Made by a program: the position numbers and the translations under genes
The notes under the pieces: model-generated
What the model was told of the DNA's origin: nothing
Seen by the model: the letters and a program-made list of their open reading frames with translations, nothing else
The model's database searches: none
Assembly: GCF_030028105.1 (NCBI RefSeq)
Contig: NC_092374.1
Coordinates: forward strand, 201,577,577 to 201,641,576
DNA length: 64,000 bases
DNA from: Mobula birostris
Taxonomy: Eukaryota
Direction: 5' to 3'
In this document: positions 50,502 through 62,559 of the stretch, piece by piece
Layout: the number at the start of each line of letters is the position of its first letter
How positions within the stretch are numbered: the first letter of the stretch is position 1

Positions 50502-53500
50502 GTAAAAGCGGGGCTGCTATTTTTTGTAGGTTCGGTAGCTATTGGGGGACTCAAGGTATAGCTTCAGTTCCAGATATCAGCCTGTGATTCAATACGCTTT
50601 AAACCATAAGACCATAAAACATAAAGGCGGAAATAGGCCATTCGACCCATCGAATCTGCTCAGCCATTCAAGCTGATCAATTTATATTCCTCTCCACGCC
50701 ATTCTCCTGCCTTCTCCCCGTATCCTTTGACACCCTTACTAATTGAGAAGCTATCAACATCCGCTTTAAATATACTTTAAGACAAGCCTTCTACAGCCGT
50801 ACATAGCAATGAAGTCCACAGATTCACCACCTTTGACTAAAAAAAATCCACCTCATTCTTGTTGTAAAGAGACGTTCTTGTATTCGCAGGCTGTGCCCTC
50901 TAGTCCGCGGCTCCCCCACTATAGGATGCCTCCACTCCACGTTCACTCTATTTAGTCAAAGGTTCAATGGTTCCAGTATAGAGTAAACAACAGGAAATCC
51001 TTACTTTTCGNNNNNNNNNNNNNNNNNNNNNNNNNNNNNNNNNNNNNNNNNNNNNNNNNNNNNNNNNNNNNNNNNNNNNNNNNNNNNNNNNNNNNNNNNN
51101 NNNNNNNNNNNNNNNNNNNNNNNNNNNNNNNNNNNNNNNNNNNNNNNNNNNNNNNNNNNNNNNNNNNNNNNNNNNNNNNNNNNNNNNNNNNNNNNNNNNC
51201 AAAGAATGAATGACAGAAGAAAGTTAGAACCCGAAAGCCCCCCTCACTTGCACCTACAGGCAGGAGCAAAGCATCAAACCTTCCCATTTCCCCTCTCACC
51301 TTGCATCAGTGGAAAGCATCAGCCCCACCACCCACCATGGAGGGCATCAGCAAGCCCCTAGGGCCCATGATCTATACTGCATCAATAACTACCATCCATC
51401 CCACCACTTCAACATTTCAGACAGGTTCTCTCTCACTAACATCTGTTACAGCCAGGGGGGAGGCCAGCAGCTCGCTGTTGGCATGTCACAATCTGCAGCA
51501 TCGCTTTCTTGAGTTCCGTCGACTGGAGAATCAGCAGACTCTCTCTCACCGTCGAGAAAGAGAGAGGTCATTCGAGTCCAAACGCCTTCAACAGCCACGC
51601 CCACTGTCTCGATGTTTCGATCTGGGGGCGGGGGTGGGGGCGGTAGGTGGTGTTGAGAGCACAGGTAAGCTACAGAAGGACTTAGCCAGATTAGGAGAAT
51701 GGGCAAGAAAGTGGCAAACGAAATACAATGTTGGCAAATACATGGCCATGTACTTTGGTAACAGAAATAAATATACAGACTATTTTTTAAACGGGGAGAA
51801 AATCCAAGAATCTGAGATGCAAAGGGACTTGGGAGTCCTTGTGCAGAACACTCTAAAGGTAAACTTACAGGTTGAGTCGGTGTCGAGGAAGGCAAATGCC
51901 ATGTTAGCGGTCATTTCAGGAACACTGGAATACAAGAGCAGTGATGTGATGCTGAGATTCTATGCGGCACTGGTGAGGCCTCACTTTGAATATTGTGAAC
52001 AGTTTTGGGTTCCTCATCTAAGAAAAGATGCGCTGGTTCAGAGGAGGTTCACAAGAATGAATCCGGGAAAGAAAGGGTTAACATTCGAGGAGCGTTTGAT
52101 GGCTCTCGGTCTGTACTCGCTGGAATTCAGACGGATGAGAGGGAATCTCGTTGAAACCTTTCGAATGTTGAAAGGCCCAGATGTGGAAAGGATGTTTCCC
52201 ATGGTGGGGGTATAAGAGGGCACAGCCTTAGACGGGTGTCCATTTAAAACAAAGATACGGAGTGGTTGCTTTAGCCAGAGGGTAGGGTATATATGAACTT
52301 TGTTACTATAGGCAGCTGTGGAAGGCAGGTCGTTGGGTGTATATAACCCGGATCTGGGCCGTAACATCCAAATACCCGGACCTGCCTCTCGTTTTTTTTT
52401 GCACTACCTTACTTTCCATTTTTCTATTTTCTATTTATGATTTATAATTTAAATGTTTATTATTTACTAATTTGAACTATTTTTAATATTTAATATTTGT
52501 AATCCAGGGAGTGGGAAGCGCAGAATCAAATATCGCTGTGATGATTGTACGTTCTGCTACCAATTGTTTGCCGACAGTAAAGTATAAAGTATAAGTATAA
52601 GTTTTGCCTTGTATACTTATAAAGTATAAGTATATAAGGCAAAACTTGATAGTTTCCTGATTGCACAGGGCATCAGAGTTTACGGGGCGAAGGCCGTTGA
52701 GTCGGGCTGAGAAGGGGATTAAAGGATCAACCAGGATTGAATGGTATAGCAGATTTAATGGACCAAATGGCCTAATGCTGCTCCTATGCCTTATGATCAC
52801 CCGCGACGTTTCAGTCGGCAACATCAACAAGGAATGGATTCGTCCTCAGAGCCGCTCCTCGAAGGTGTCCTTCTTCCAGGCTGCTCCTGGAGATTGCGTA
52901 GCCTGCTCATCCACCTTGAGAAGGACAAACAAAGACAAGGCAGCAGAAGGCAGAAGGTGGTGGTGGAGGGAGTACATTCAGATTGGAGGGTTGTGACTAG
53001 TGGTGTCCCACAAAGCTCTGTTCTGGGACCTCTACTTTTCGTGATTTTTATTAACGACCTGGATGTGGGGGTAGAAGGATGGGTGGGCAAGTTTGCAGAC
53101 GACACAAAAGTTGGTGGTGTTGTAGATAGTGTAGAGAATTGTCAAAGATTGCAGAGAGACATTGATAGGATGCAGAAGTGGGCTGAGAAGTGGCAGATGG
53201 AGTTCAACCCGGAGAAGTGTGAGGTGGAAGGGCAAACTCCAAGGCAGAGTACAAAGTAAATGGCAGGATACTAACTTGGTAGTGTGGAGGAGCAGAGGGA
53301 TCTGGGGGTACATGTCCACAGATCCCTGAAAGTTGCCTCACAGGTGGATAGGGTAGTTAAGAAAGCTTATGGGGTGTTAGCTTTCACAAGTCGAGGGATA
53401 GAGTTTAAGAGTCGCGATGAAATGATGAAGCTCTATATAACTCTGGTTAGGCCACACTTGGAGTACTGTGTCCAGTTCTGGTCGCCTCACTATAGGAAGG

Positions 53501-56500
53501 ATGTGGAAGCATTGGAAAGGGTACAGAGGAGATTTACCAGAATGCTTCCTGGTTTAGAAAGTATGCATTGTGATCAGCGATTAAGGGAGCTAGGGCTTTA
53601 CTCTTTGGAGAGAAGGAGGATGAGAGGAGATATGATAGAGGTGTACAAGATAATAAGAGGAATAGATAGAGTGGATAGTCAGCGCCTCTTCCCCAGGGCA
53701 CCACTGCTCAATACAAGAGGACATGGCTTTAAGGTAAGGGGTGGGAAGTTCAAGGGGGATATAAGAGGAAGGTTTTTTACTCAGAGAGTGATTGGTACGT
53801 GGAATGCACTGCCTGAGTCAGTGGTGGAGGCAGATACACTAGTGAAGTTGAAGAGACTACTAGACAGGTATATGGAGGAATTTAAGGTGGGGGCTAATAT
53901 GGAAGGCAGGGTTTGAGGGTCGGCACAACATTGTGGGCCGAAAGGCCTGTGCTGTGCTGTACTATTCTATGTTCTAAGATTAAAACTGTTTAGCGGATGG
54001 ACTCGAAGAAATCTTCAAAATCTCTGGCGCGATCTTTAGCCCCTTAGTCCTTTCAATATTCGATAGTTTTCAATGAGAAATCATCTAAGCTCCAGCGAAT
54101 ATATAACAACAGCCATCAAACGCTCCGCAAACGTCAGCCCTCTCATTCCTAGAATCATTCTCGCAAAGCCTATCTGGTCTCTCTGCAATACTAGTACAGG
54201 TGTGATGCGTAATCAAATTGTAGAGTTAAGATTGTGAATGTATGATGAGGTGGACGTTCATCTCTGAATGTTGACGCATTAAGGAGGCATGCATCCCCTC
54301 TCCACAATTGCAAATTTTCAGTCCTACATTTATTATGTGGTATACATTTACCTCTGGGCAATGCAGTGTTGGGATCCCATGCGTTACCTTCACAAGTTAA
54401 CATGGACAGTTAAAATGGAAAGGTGTTACAGAATATTCTCTTCTGAGCACTGTCGTATTGGCGACCCCTTTACTCAGTCTCCACTCAATATGTACAAATA
54501 CATTATAATAATATCGTGTAGAAATTCGTCCGAGTGCAAGGAACGTTTGGAGCCCAATACCTTCCACTTCCATGCCTATTTATATGGTTAAAATTGCAAT
54601 ACATTACAAAGTAGGACACTATTTTATTAATTTATGAATAAATTTATCGAGATACACCATTCGGGTCCTGCTGCCCGGTAAATCCTGCTTTAACCGGAAA
54701 CCAATCACGGGACAACTTACAATGAGTAACGAACTTACCAACCTGTATGTGGTTTTGGGCCGTGGGAGGAAACTGGAGCACCCGGAGGAAGCACACGCAG
54801 TCACGAGGAAAATGTTGCCTTGCAGGCAACGGCGGGAATTGATTCCCGGTGGCCATGCCGCCACTAGCTTGATAGGTGCCCGTGCATCCCCTTCCTAACA
54901 CAAATTATACACTCATGCACTCTCATAGCACATGATCTGAGGGAAAACGTTCACTTGTGCGCAGTTAAAATTACAAACCCATCTTAAATCCAAATTGCAT
55001 TGATTGGGCATATATGTATAAAATTAAAACTCGTCATGATCATGCATAACCCGAACACCGTGATCATGAACATGTTCTTCAGACGAGTGCTCCTGTCTTG
55101 TATAATGCACAGCCTGGTCGTCAAACCAAACACATGTCGTAAGGTTAACATCTACTACAGGTCAAGTGGCTGGACATCTTCTATAATGCTCTATGATAAA
55201 TTGATTTTTTTTTCCCAATGAGGAGGGCAGTGGGTGAAATGGGGGTTGATTCTATGGTCCTCTGAAACAAGATTATAAATTGACCCTTTATATAGAGGAG
55301 ACGGACACAATAGCTCATTTCTTGGCAATAGCGTGTCAAAAGCCTGAAGACACAGACTCAATATTTTAGGAAGCTTCTTCCCCTCAGCCATCAGATTTCT
55401 CGACGGACAATAAACCCACTATCTCACATTTTAATTCCCTTTTAGCACTCTCTAACTATCTATCTCTCTATTTATTTTTTTATTTATTTGTTTATCCATT
55501 CTTTAATCCTTCCATCCATCCATTGATTGATTGAGATACACAGCAGAACAGGACGTTCCGGCCGTACTGTCCAGCTAGCCCCGATTTAACCCTAGGCTAA
55601 TCATGGGACAATGTACAGTGACCAATTAATTTATCAACTACTACTTCGGACCCACGCACTCAGAGACAGAACGTAGCAACCCTTTATAGACATTAGCGGG
55701 AAATGAACGTATATAGTATTGTAATTCCCTCCCCCCGCCCGCCCCCGCCAATATATTGGACAGTACTGCTGATGCAAAGCAACACATTTCACAACATACT
55801 GTATGAAAGCGATTTAAAACCTGGCCCTGATTCTAGTTGAGAGATGGTCCAGCCCATGTTTAGCAGCCCCGACCGAAGCAGTTGGTCTGCCCTATATTTT
55901 TGCCTGTAATGTTTCTGAGAAACATTTTATTTTTTTCTCAGGATAAACTGAAGTCTACTTTGGATTTGTTGAGGCAGAAGATGACGGTCCTGGAAGCCAA
56001 GCAGAAGAGGAAGGAGAGTTTTACCGAAATCAGGGTACGTTCTACAGCACACCCCTTACCACATTCCCTCCTCCATTCCCGATCCCTTTATGTTGGCTTC
56101 GTCCCAGACATTGTACTTTCTGCTTTGGCTTCTGCTAGGGGAGGCTACCAGTCTGAGGTGTGTCATCTCTCCCGAGTTCGCAAAAATGCACCAGTTCCTT
56201 GATAGAAAGGAGGAGGGTTTAGTTCGGGAACTGAAGAAACACGAGGAAAACACATCCGAGACGATGGAGAAGAACTCCGACAAGTTCCAGGAGACCCTGG
56301 AGTCTGCTCGTCAAAAGCTGAAAAGGCTGCATTCGAAAGTGAACCAGAGGGAGATAGTCAACTTCCTGGAGGTAGGTGATTCAATGCAAGAAATGGAGTG
56401 TGCAAGTTCAGTGACCTTCGGCCCGCACCAGCTTCAGTATAACACCATAGCAGAGAAAGCACAGTCGAAGCCATTTGTCCTTCTGTAACCAGGGCAGTTC

Positions 56501-59500
56501 GATACAAAAACAGTGACACAACCCTGTCCTCTCTCTATAAGCATGGAAATTGGTAAATCACTTTATCCTTGCAAATGTATCAAGCTGAAATGACAAAGAA
56601 GCGTGTCTTGCACGGTGGTCTCACGCGTCATTCCATTACAGCGATGCATTGACATACAGTATTGTAAAACAATGACAGTTCGCAGAAAGAATTGTTACAT
56701 ATGCACAGAAAGGGCAAACAGTAAGGTGCAAAGTCATAGACTGTGATGTCAGCATTCCACCTTATTATATTAGATGTCCCTTCTGGATTCTCATAACAGC
56801 GGGATAGAAAATGTCTTCTAAACTGACGCTAATGATTTCAGGAGTTTGTATCTTCTGCGAGATTGATCTGTGCATCAATGCTCCGATCTGCCCTGCCATT
56901 TTACTGTCTACTCTCCTCTTATATTTTCCCCCTCCCCAACGAATTGCAAACTCATACATCCGGATTGAACTCCATCTGCCACTTTTGCTTGCATTTGCAG
57001 CAGTTCTACGCGGTGCTGAATACATTGACAATGTCTTCACTATCCACAACTTTCTTTTGTCGTCTACCCACTAATCATGACCACCTGCTCTTCCATCAAA
57101 ATCATATATGTGGGCCGAATGATGTTTGTGCCTAAATGAGTATGTATGCCCAAAATTCCCAAGACATCGACGCACTACCAGACATGGCAACATTTTACTG
57201 AGGCCTAGCGTCGCCTAAAGGTTCCACGACATTTTTTTCGGAAAGGAGATGAGTATTTCTCTCCTGTGCCCCTGGCCAATGTAGATCCTATCACTACATG
57301 ACTATCACTTAACCAGGATGACAAGTAGCTATGCGATCACAAGCTGGATCTCAGGCTTTCGATGGTTCCGCTGTGACTGCAATTCAGCAGTGCCCCCATT
57401 GAGCGGGCACCTTCTCAGAGACGCGAAAAGGCCACCCATAGGTGCACGTTTGTCTCTCTTTTTCAACATATGAATCAGGAGCACAACTTCACATCCAATT
57501 CTGTAAACTGGTAACTGTTCTTAGCTGTGGCAAGTAACTAAGTTCCAGCAGATTTTCAGCTGCAATATCCCGGAATACTCCGCTATATTTACAATAACGA
57601 TCGTTCTCCTCACTTTACAGACCTGTATCTCGGAATAGAAACATAGAAACATAGAAAATAGGTGCAGGAGTAGGCCATTCGGCCCTTCGAGCCTGCACCT
57701 CATTCAGTATGAATGAATTCAGCTGATCATCCAACTCAGAACCTCGTACCTGCCTTCTCTCCATACCCCCTGATCCCTTTAGCCACAAGGGCCATATCTA
57801 ACTCCCTCTTAAATATAGCCAATGAACTGGCCTCAACTGTTTCCTGTGGCAGAGAATTCCACAGATTGACCACTCTCTGTGTGAAGAAGTTTTTCCTCAT
57901 ATCTGTCCTAAAAGGCTTCCACTTTATCCTCAAACTGTGACCCCTCGTTCTGATTCCCCAACATCGGGAACGATCTTCCTGCATCTAGCCTGTTCAATCC
58001 CTGTAGAATTTTATACGTTTCAATCAGATCCCCCCTCAATCTTCTAAATTCCAGAGGGTATAAGCCTAGTCGATCCAGTCTTTCATCATATGGAAGTCCT
58101 GCTATCTAGGAATCAATCTGATGAACCGTCTTTGTACTCCCTCAATGGCAAGAATGTCTTTCCTCAGATTAGGAGACCAAAACTGCACACAATACTCCAG
58201 GTGTGGTCTCACCAAGGCCTTATACAATTGCAGTAGTGCCTCCCTGCTCCTGCACTCGAATCCTCTTGCTATGAATGCCAGCATACCATTCGCCTTTTTC
58301 ACCGCCTGCTGTACCTGCATGCCTACTTTCAATGACTGGTGTACAATGACACCCAGGTCTTGTTCCACCTCCCCTTTTCCTAATCAGCCACCATTCAGAT
58401 AATAATCTGTTTTCCTGTTCTTGCCACCAAAGTGGATAACCTCACATTTATCCACATTAAATTGCATCTGCCATGAATTTGCCCACTCACCTAACCTATC
58501 CAAGTCACCCTGCATCCTCTTAGCATCCTCCTCGCAGCTAACACTGCCGCCCAGCTTCTTGTCATAAGCAAACTTGGAGACGCTGTATTTAATTCCTTCT
58601 TCTAAGTCATTAATATATATTGTAAACAACTGGGGTCCCAGCACTGAGCCTTGCGGTACCCCACTAGTCACTGCCAATGACAGGGATGAGGTTGGTGGGG
58701 TGGGAGTTGGGGGGTGGTTGGAGGCTGGACCTTAACGACCAATGGAGTTATAACCCGCTTGCTTGGGTATGAATTGGATAGGAAATTGCGGAGCCCCGGT
58801 GTTTGCTGCTCCATTTTCCTATCCATTGCTCAAAAGGCAACGCAGTAAATACTGCTGCTGCATCGGTTCAGCGTTCTGGGTTTGATCCTAATCTCAGGCC
58901 AGTGTCGAGTTTGCGCGTTACTACAGCGACGTTGTAAATCTTTCCTCTGTGCTTCGATTCCATTCCAGACTGCTGAAGCCTTGCTGCTGGTTCATTCACT
59001 ACTGTAAATTCCCTGTAGTGAAGATGGATGACGAGGAAATCGAAAGAGGGAAGAAATGACTCGCGTGTTTGACGGAACAAAATAAACGGAGGAGTGGAAC
59101 TGGCAGTCAAATTCTGAGAGCTAATGGGTGTCCATTCTATGTGTCATAAGGAAATGTGAGTTTTACATGGAGGTCTGTGGTGAAAATAATTCCCATACCT
59201 TGAAGAGACAAGGCACAGCTTTGGCCCAGCAGTTGCCCTGAACTCCAAACCATCTGTCCGTCTTCCCACCTCGCATTAAGCAATGCAAGAGAAGAACCTG
59301 AAAATAAGATGCCATCTCAGTATTAATCCAGGCCAGAAGGTCCTCCTTTCTCATTGTGATACTAAGTCGAACGCATTATTGACAATAATCTAAAACAAAC
59401 TGTAAGGAGTGAAGTTAGTTGGAAATCTCAAACAACCCAGGGTTAATCGCACCGACAGAAATTTCTGAAAAGTTCACCCTTGTCGCCACAGTAATCGCCT

Positions 59501-61654
59501 TCAGATTCTCTGAAGGGTCGGACGGAAGCCATGTCTAACTTTCTATGGGTGTTCCGCACGATAGCAGTCTCACTCTTAGCAGTTATAATCGTCCCCAAAC
59601 GCAGCGTTTCTTCCTCCTTTTGGAAGGAGTTCCCGATCTCTGTGGGGATTTTACCAAGAATACTTTTGTACAGATTTTTGATTCTGCCCGTCTCTGTACA
59701 AGCAATGAATTTAACATATAATTATTGCATGATGATGGCACGTTTCTTTTTGACGCTTAGCCACAATCAGCTAGACTTCTCTTCTGTTCCACTTTTAGGA
59801 AGAAGCTTCCCAAAGAAAGAGGTAGGAGATGCTCTTCACGAAAACTCCATACACACCGACGTAATACCACCGTTGAATATCACTCTTGCAATGTCAACTG
59901 TTTCATGTTTGCATTATTAGTGAAGACAATTATCAGATAGTGACCGGTGAAAACCTTCCGCTGGGAATATTCAAGGGACCTTTGCAGTACACCGTCTGGA
60001 GGCAAGTGATAGAAGCCATTAGGCCCGGCAAGACGATATCCAGGACATTCATATCTACAAAGAAAATATTAAATACATTAAACTAAATGTGGAATGCTGT
60101 GTAATGAAAAATAGTACCCAATGGTTAGATTATCTAATGTAAAAACGGTCCAGAAAATATCCTCGTTGTTCTGGAATCCGGCAATGCGCCTCTTTCACCT
60201 ATTATAGTATCAATGGGTTCTCTCTAAGAGACGTGTAAATAGGTACATGAATGTGAGGAAAGTGGAAGGATGTACAGATTTTGCAGGCAGAAGAGATTAG
60301 TTTAGTTGGACATTTGATTACTAACTTAATGGGCTCGGCACAACATTATTGATCGAAAAGCGTTTCCCTGTACTGTATTTTCTATGTTTTGTCACCGAAA
60401 CTAAAAGTTGGTGGAAATTCTATAAGGGATATTCCAGCGACCTTATACCTGTATTCAGAGGGCGAGTAGGAATCAATGTTACAATTGCTGTTCTCGTCCT
60501 CTCCAGGTTACATTAGCCCGATCAGATTTGAAATAGTTAGTTGTTCTTCCTTATAATGGAAACATTTTGAAAGCTAGTATTACTGTTGCTTAGTGAACCG
60601 TTATTCCTCCAAAATCATGTAGCCAAAACGATTACTGATAAGATATAAACACTGTATATGTAAGAAACACAATATACTTGTGCTGGTTTTGTAACGCTGG
60701 TGTTCATTACGCATTGCCAATTCTGAACAAAAACAGCCACACGTGCTTCATTCTGTGAAGAGAGACTGATCTCTGAACCAGCTGCCTTTAACGTGCTTGG
60801 TTTGTCCTGAATTTGGTTCGCATGTCCCCAAAGAGGAGGGAAGATTATTAGCTGTCCTGTTCCTGTACTCAATCTATGTTCGTGTAGTAATCGCTTGACA
60901 TTTTTAAATTAAGAGATGGACTCTTAGGTGGTAGTTTAATAAAATAATCACTTCTTTCTTTCTTCCTTTCTTTCATTCATTCTTTCTTTCTTTCTACCTT
61001 TTCGTAGCTCCATCCAGTCTGACCCTGAACCCAGATACAGCGCACAGCTGGCTCATCCTGTCCGATGACTTGATCAGCGTTAGATACGGTGACAAGGCTC
61101 GGCTGCTTCCCGAAACCCCAGAGAGGTTCTACCGGTGCATGTGCGTCCTTGCGTCCGAGGACTTCACGTCAGGGAAGCACTACTGGGAGGTTGAGGTAGG
61201 TGACAGTTCCGAGTGGGATCTCGGAGTGGTGTCCGAGTCCGTCAACAGGATGGGAGAAGTCACGGCTCTGCCCGAGGCCGGGTACTGGATCATATGTCTG
61301 CGAGGGAGCGAATACAAGGCAGGCACCCTTCCCCACACACGCTTGACTGTCAGCGTGATGCCCAGGAGGATCGGCGTATACCTGGACTACGAAGAGGGCC
61401 AGGTGTCCCTTTACATTGCCGACAACATGACCCACCTCCACACGTTCATCGATATGTTCACCGAGAAACTCTACCCTTTCTTCAGCCCCTGCCTCAACGG
61501 AGGTGGGAAAGCAATGGAGCCCCCCGCAGGGCCTGTTCTGCTGAAGGTCGGTAACGTGGACACTTTGGCAAGAGTGGGAAATTCTGGTCACAAGGTGGAA
61601 ATGGTTGGGCTGGGGTTGCCTTCTTTGGAACAAGGCGAGATTTATCAGAATTAG
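50040..61654 (+). CDS. TRIM-family E3 ligase (RING, B-box2, coiled coil, PRY-SPRY/B30.2), about 519 aa if spliced in frame; possibly damaged; join(50040-50501, 55942-56034, 56139 or 56144-56371, 59799-59821, 59921-60027, 61008-61654)
   Basis: Complete C3HC4 RING and B-box motifs, the typical B30.2-TRIM exon pattern including a 23-nt micro-exon, and PRY-SPRY motifs. The orthologue cannot be assigned without phylogeny. Confidence 0.85.
51640..52330 (+). mobile_element. CR1 3' fragment in TRIM intron 1
   Basis: DLARLGEWARKWQ and RPHFEYCEQFW. Confidence 0.82.
52945..53975 (+). mobile_element. CR1 LINE 3' fragment, same young subfamily as 16075-19272
   Basis: Near-identical to about 18230-19272; KFADD and RPHLEYCVQFWSP; same ttctatg tail. 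Confidence 0.92.
55942..56034 (+). CDS. TRIM exon: coiled coil part 1 (93 nt)
   Basis: ttttttctcag|GAT...AGG|gtacgt; DKLKSTLDLLRQKMTVLEAKQKRKESFTEIR. Confidence 0.88.
56139..56371 (+). CDS. TRIM exon: coiled coil part 2 (acceptor frame problem)
   Basis: EATSLRCVISPEFAKMHQFL...MEKN...VNFLE|gtaggt. The first AG (56137-56138) gives 233 nt, out of phase with the previous exon. The AG at 56142-56143 gives 228 nt, in phase. Confidence 0.8.
57640..58676 (-). mobile_element. CR1 RT and 3' fragment in TRIM intron 3
   Basis: [28 protein letters not shown]. Confidence 0.85.
59799..59821 (+). CDS. TRIM 23-nt micro-exon
   Basis: cttctgttccacttttag|GAAGAAGCTTCCCAAAGAAAGAG|gtagga; EEASQRK, phase 0 to 2. 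Confidence 0.85.
59921..60027 (+). CDS. TRIM linker exon (GC donor)
   Basis: attag|T GAA GAC...; EDNYQIVTGENLPLGIFKGPLQYTVWRQVIEAIRP. The donor is CCG|gcaaga, non-canonical GC. Phase 2 to 1 fits the neighbouring exons. Confidence 0.75.
61008..61654 (+). CDS. TRIM terminal exon: PRY-SPRY (B30.2) domain
   Basis: Long pyrimidine tract ending ttttcgtag|. Encodes APSSLTLNPDTAHSWLILS...FTSGKHYWEVEV...WDLGV...RIGVYLDYEEGQVSLY...FTEKLYPFFSPC. Confidence 0.93.
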
Positions 61655-62559
61655 AATTAGAACCATGTTTCAATCATATATCAATGATACTGGCAGTGAT
61701 ATGCCAATATCACTAGGATATGTCGTGAAGTGTGTTGATTTGCAGCACCAGTACATTGCAATGCAATAAACAAAAGACTTAAAATCGTAATAAGAAATAT
61801 ATTTAGAAATTCAATTACATAAGTAGCACAAAAAGAGCAAAGAAATTATTGGGGTAATATACATGGGTTCATTATCCATCTAGAAATCTGATAGCAGAGG
61901 GGAGGAAGCTGTTCCTGCTCATTGACTCTGTGGCTTCAGGCTCTTGTACTTCCTCTCCGAAGATAGCAGTGATAAGGGGCTATGTTCTGGGTGATTGGTG
62001 TTCTTAATGATTGATGCTGCCTTTTGAAGTATCGCCTTCTGAAGATGTCCTTGATGCTGGAGAGGCTACTGCTAATAATGGATCTCCCTGATGCTAATGA
62101 TAAAGCTCGCTGAGTTCGCGACTTTTCTCAAGTTTGGACCATAAGAATATAGGAGCAGAATTAGACCATTGGGCCCATCGAGTCTGCTCCGCCATTTCAT
62201 CATAGAACATAGAATAGTACAGCGCAGTACAGGCCCTTCGGCCCACAATGTTGTGCCAACCCTTAAACTCTGCCTCCCATATAACCCACCAACTTAAATT
62301 CCTCCATATACCTGTCTAGTAGTCTCTTAAACTTCACTAGTGTATCTGCCTCCACCACTGACTCAGGCAGTGGATTCCACGCACAAACCACTCTCTGACC
62401 AAAAAATCTTCCTCATGCTGATCCATTTCCCTCTGAGTCAATCCCCTGTATCCTACCCGGGCGCCCAATCACCGGCGGGAACAGAGCACTCCGAATTAAA
62501 TCGAAGTACAAAGGGACAGACGGGGCAACCAGTGCCGGGGTGGCCACTGTAGGGAGTAA

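Noticed and set aside
56542-56552. 11-nt candidate micro-exon (ataag|CATGGAAATTG|gtaaat) for the TRIM gene
   Set aside because: The canonical 23-nt exon with stronger sites and a typical sequence was found at 59799-59821.
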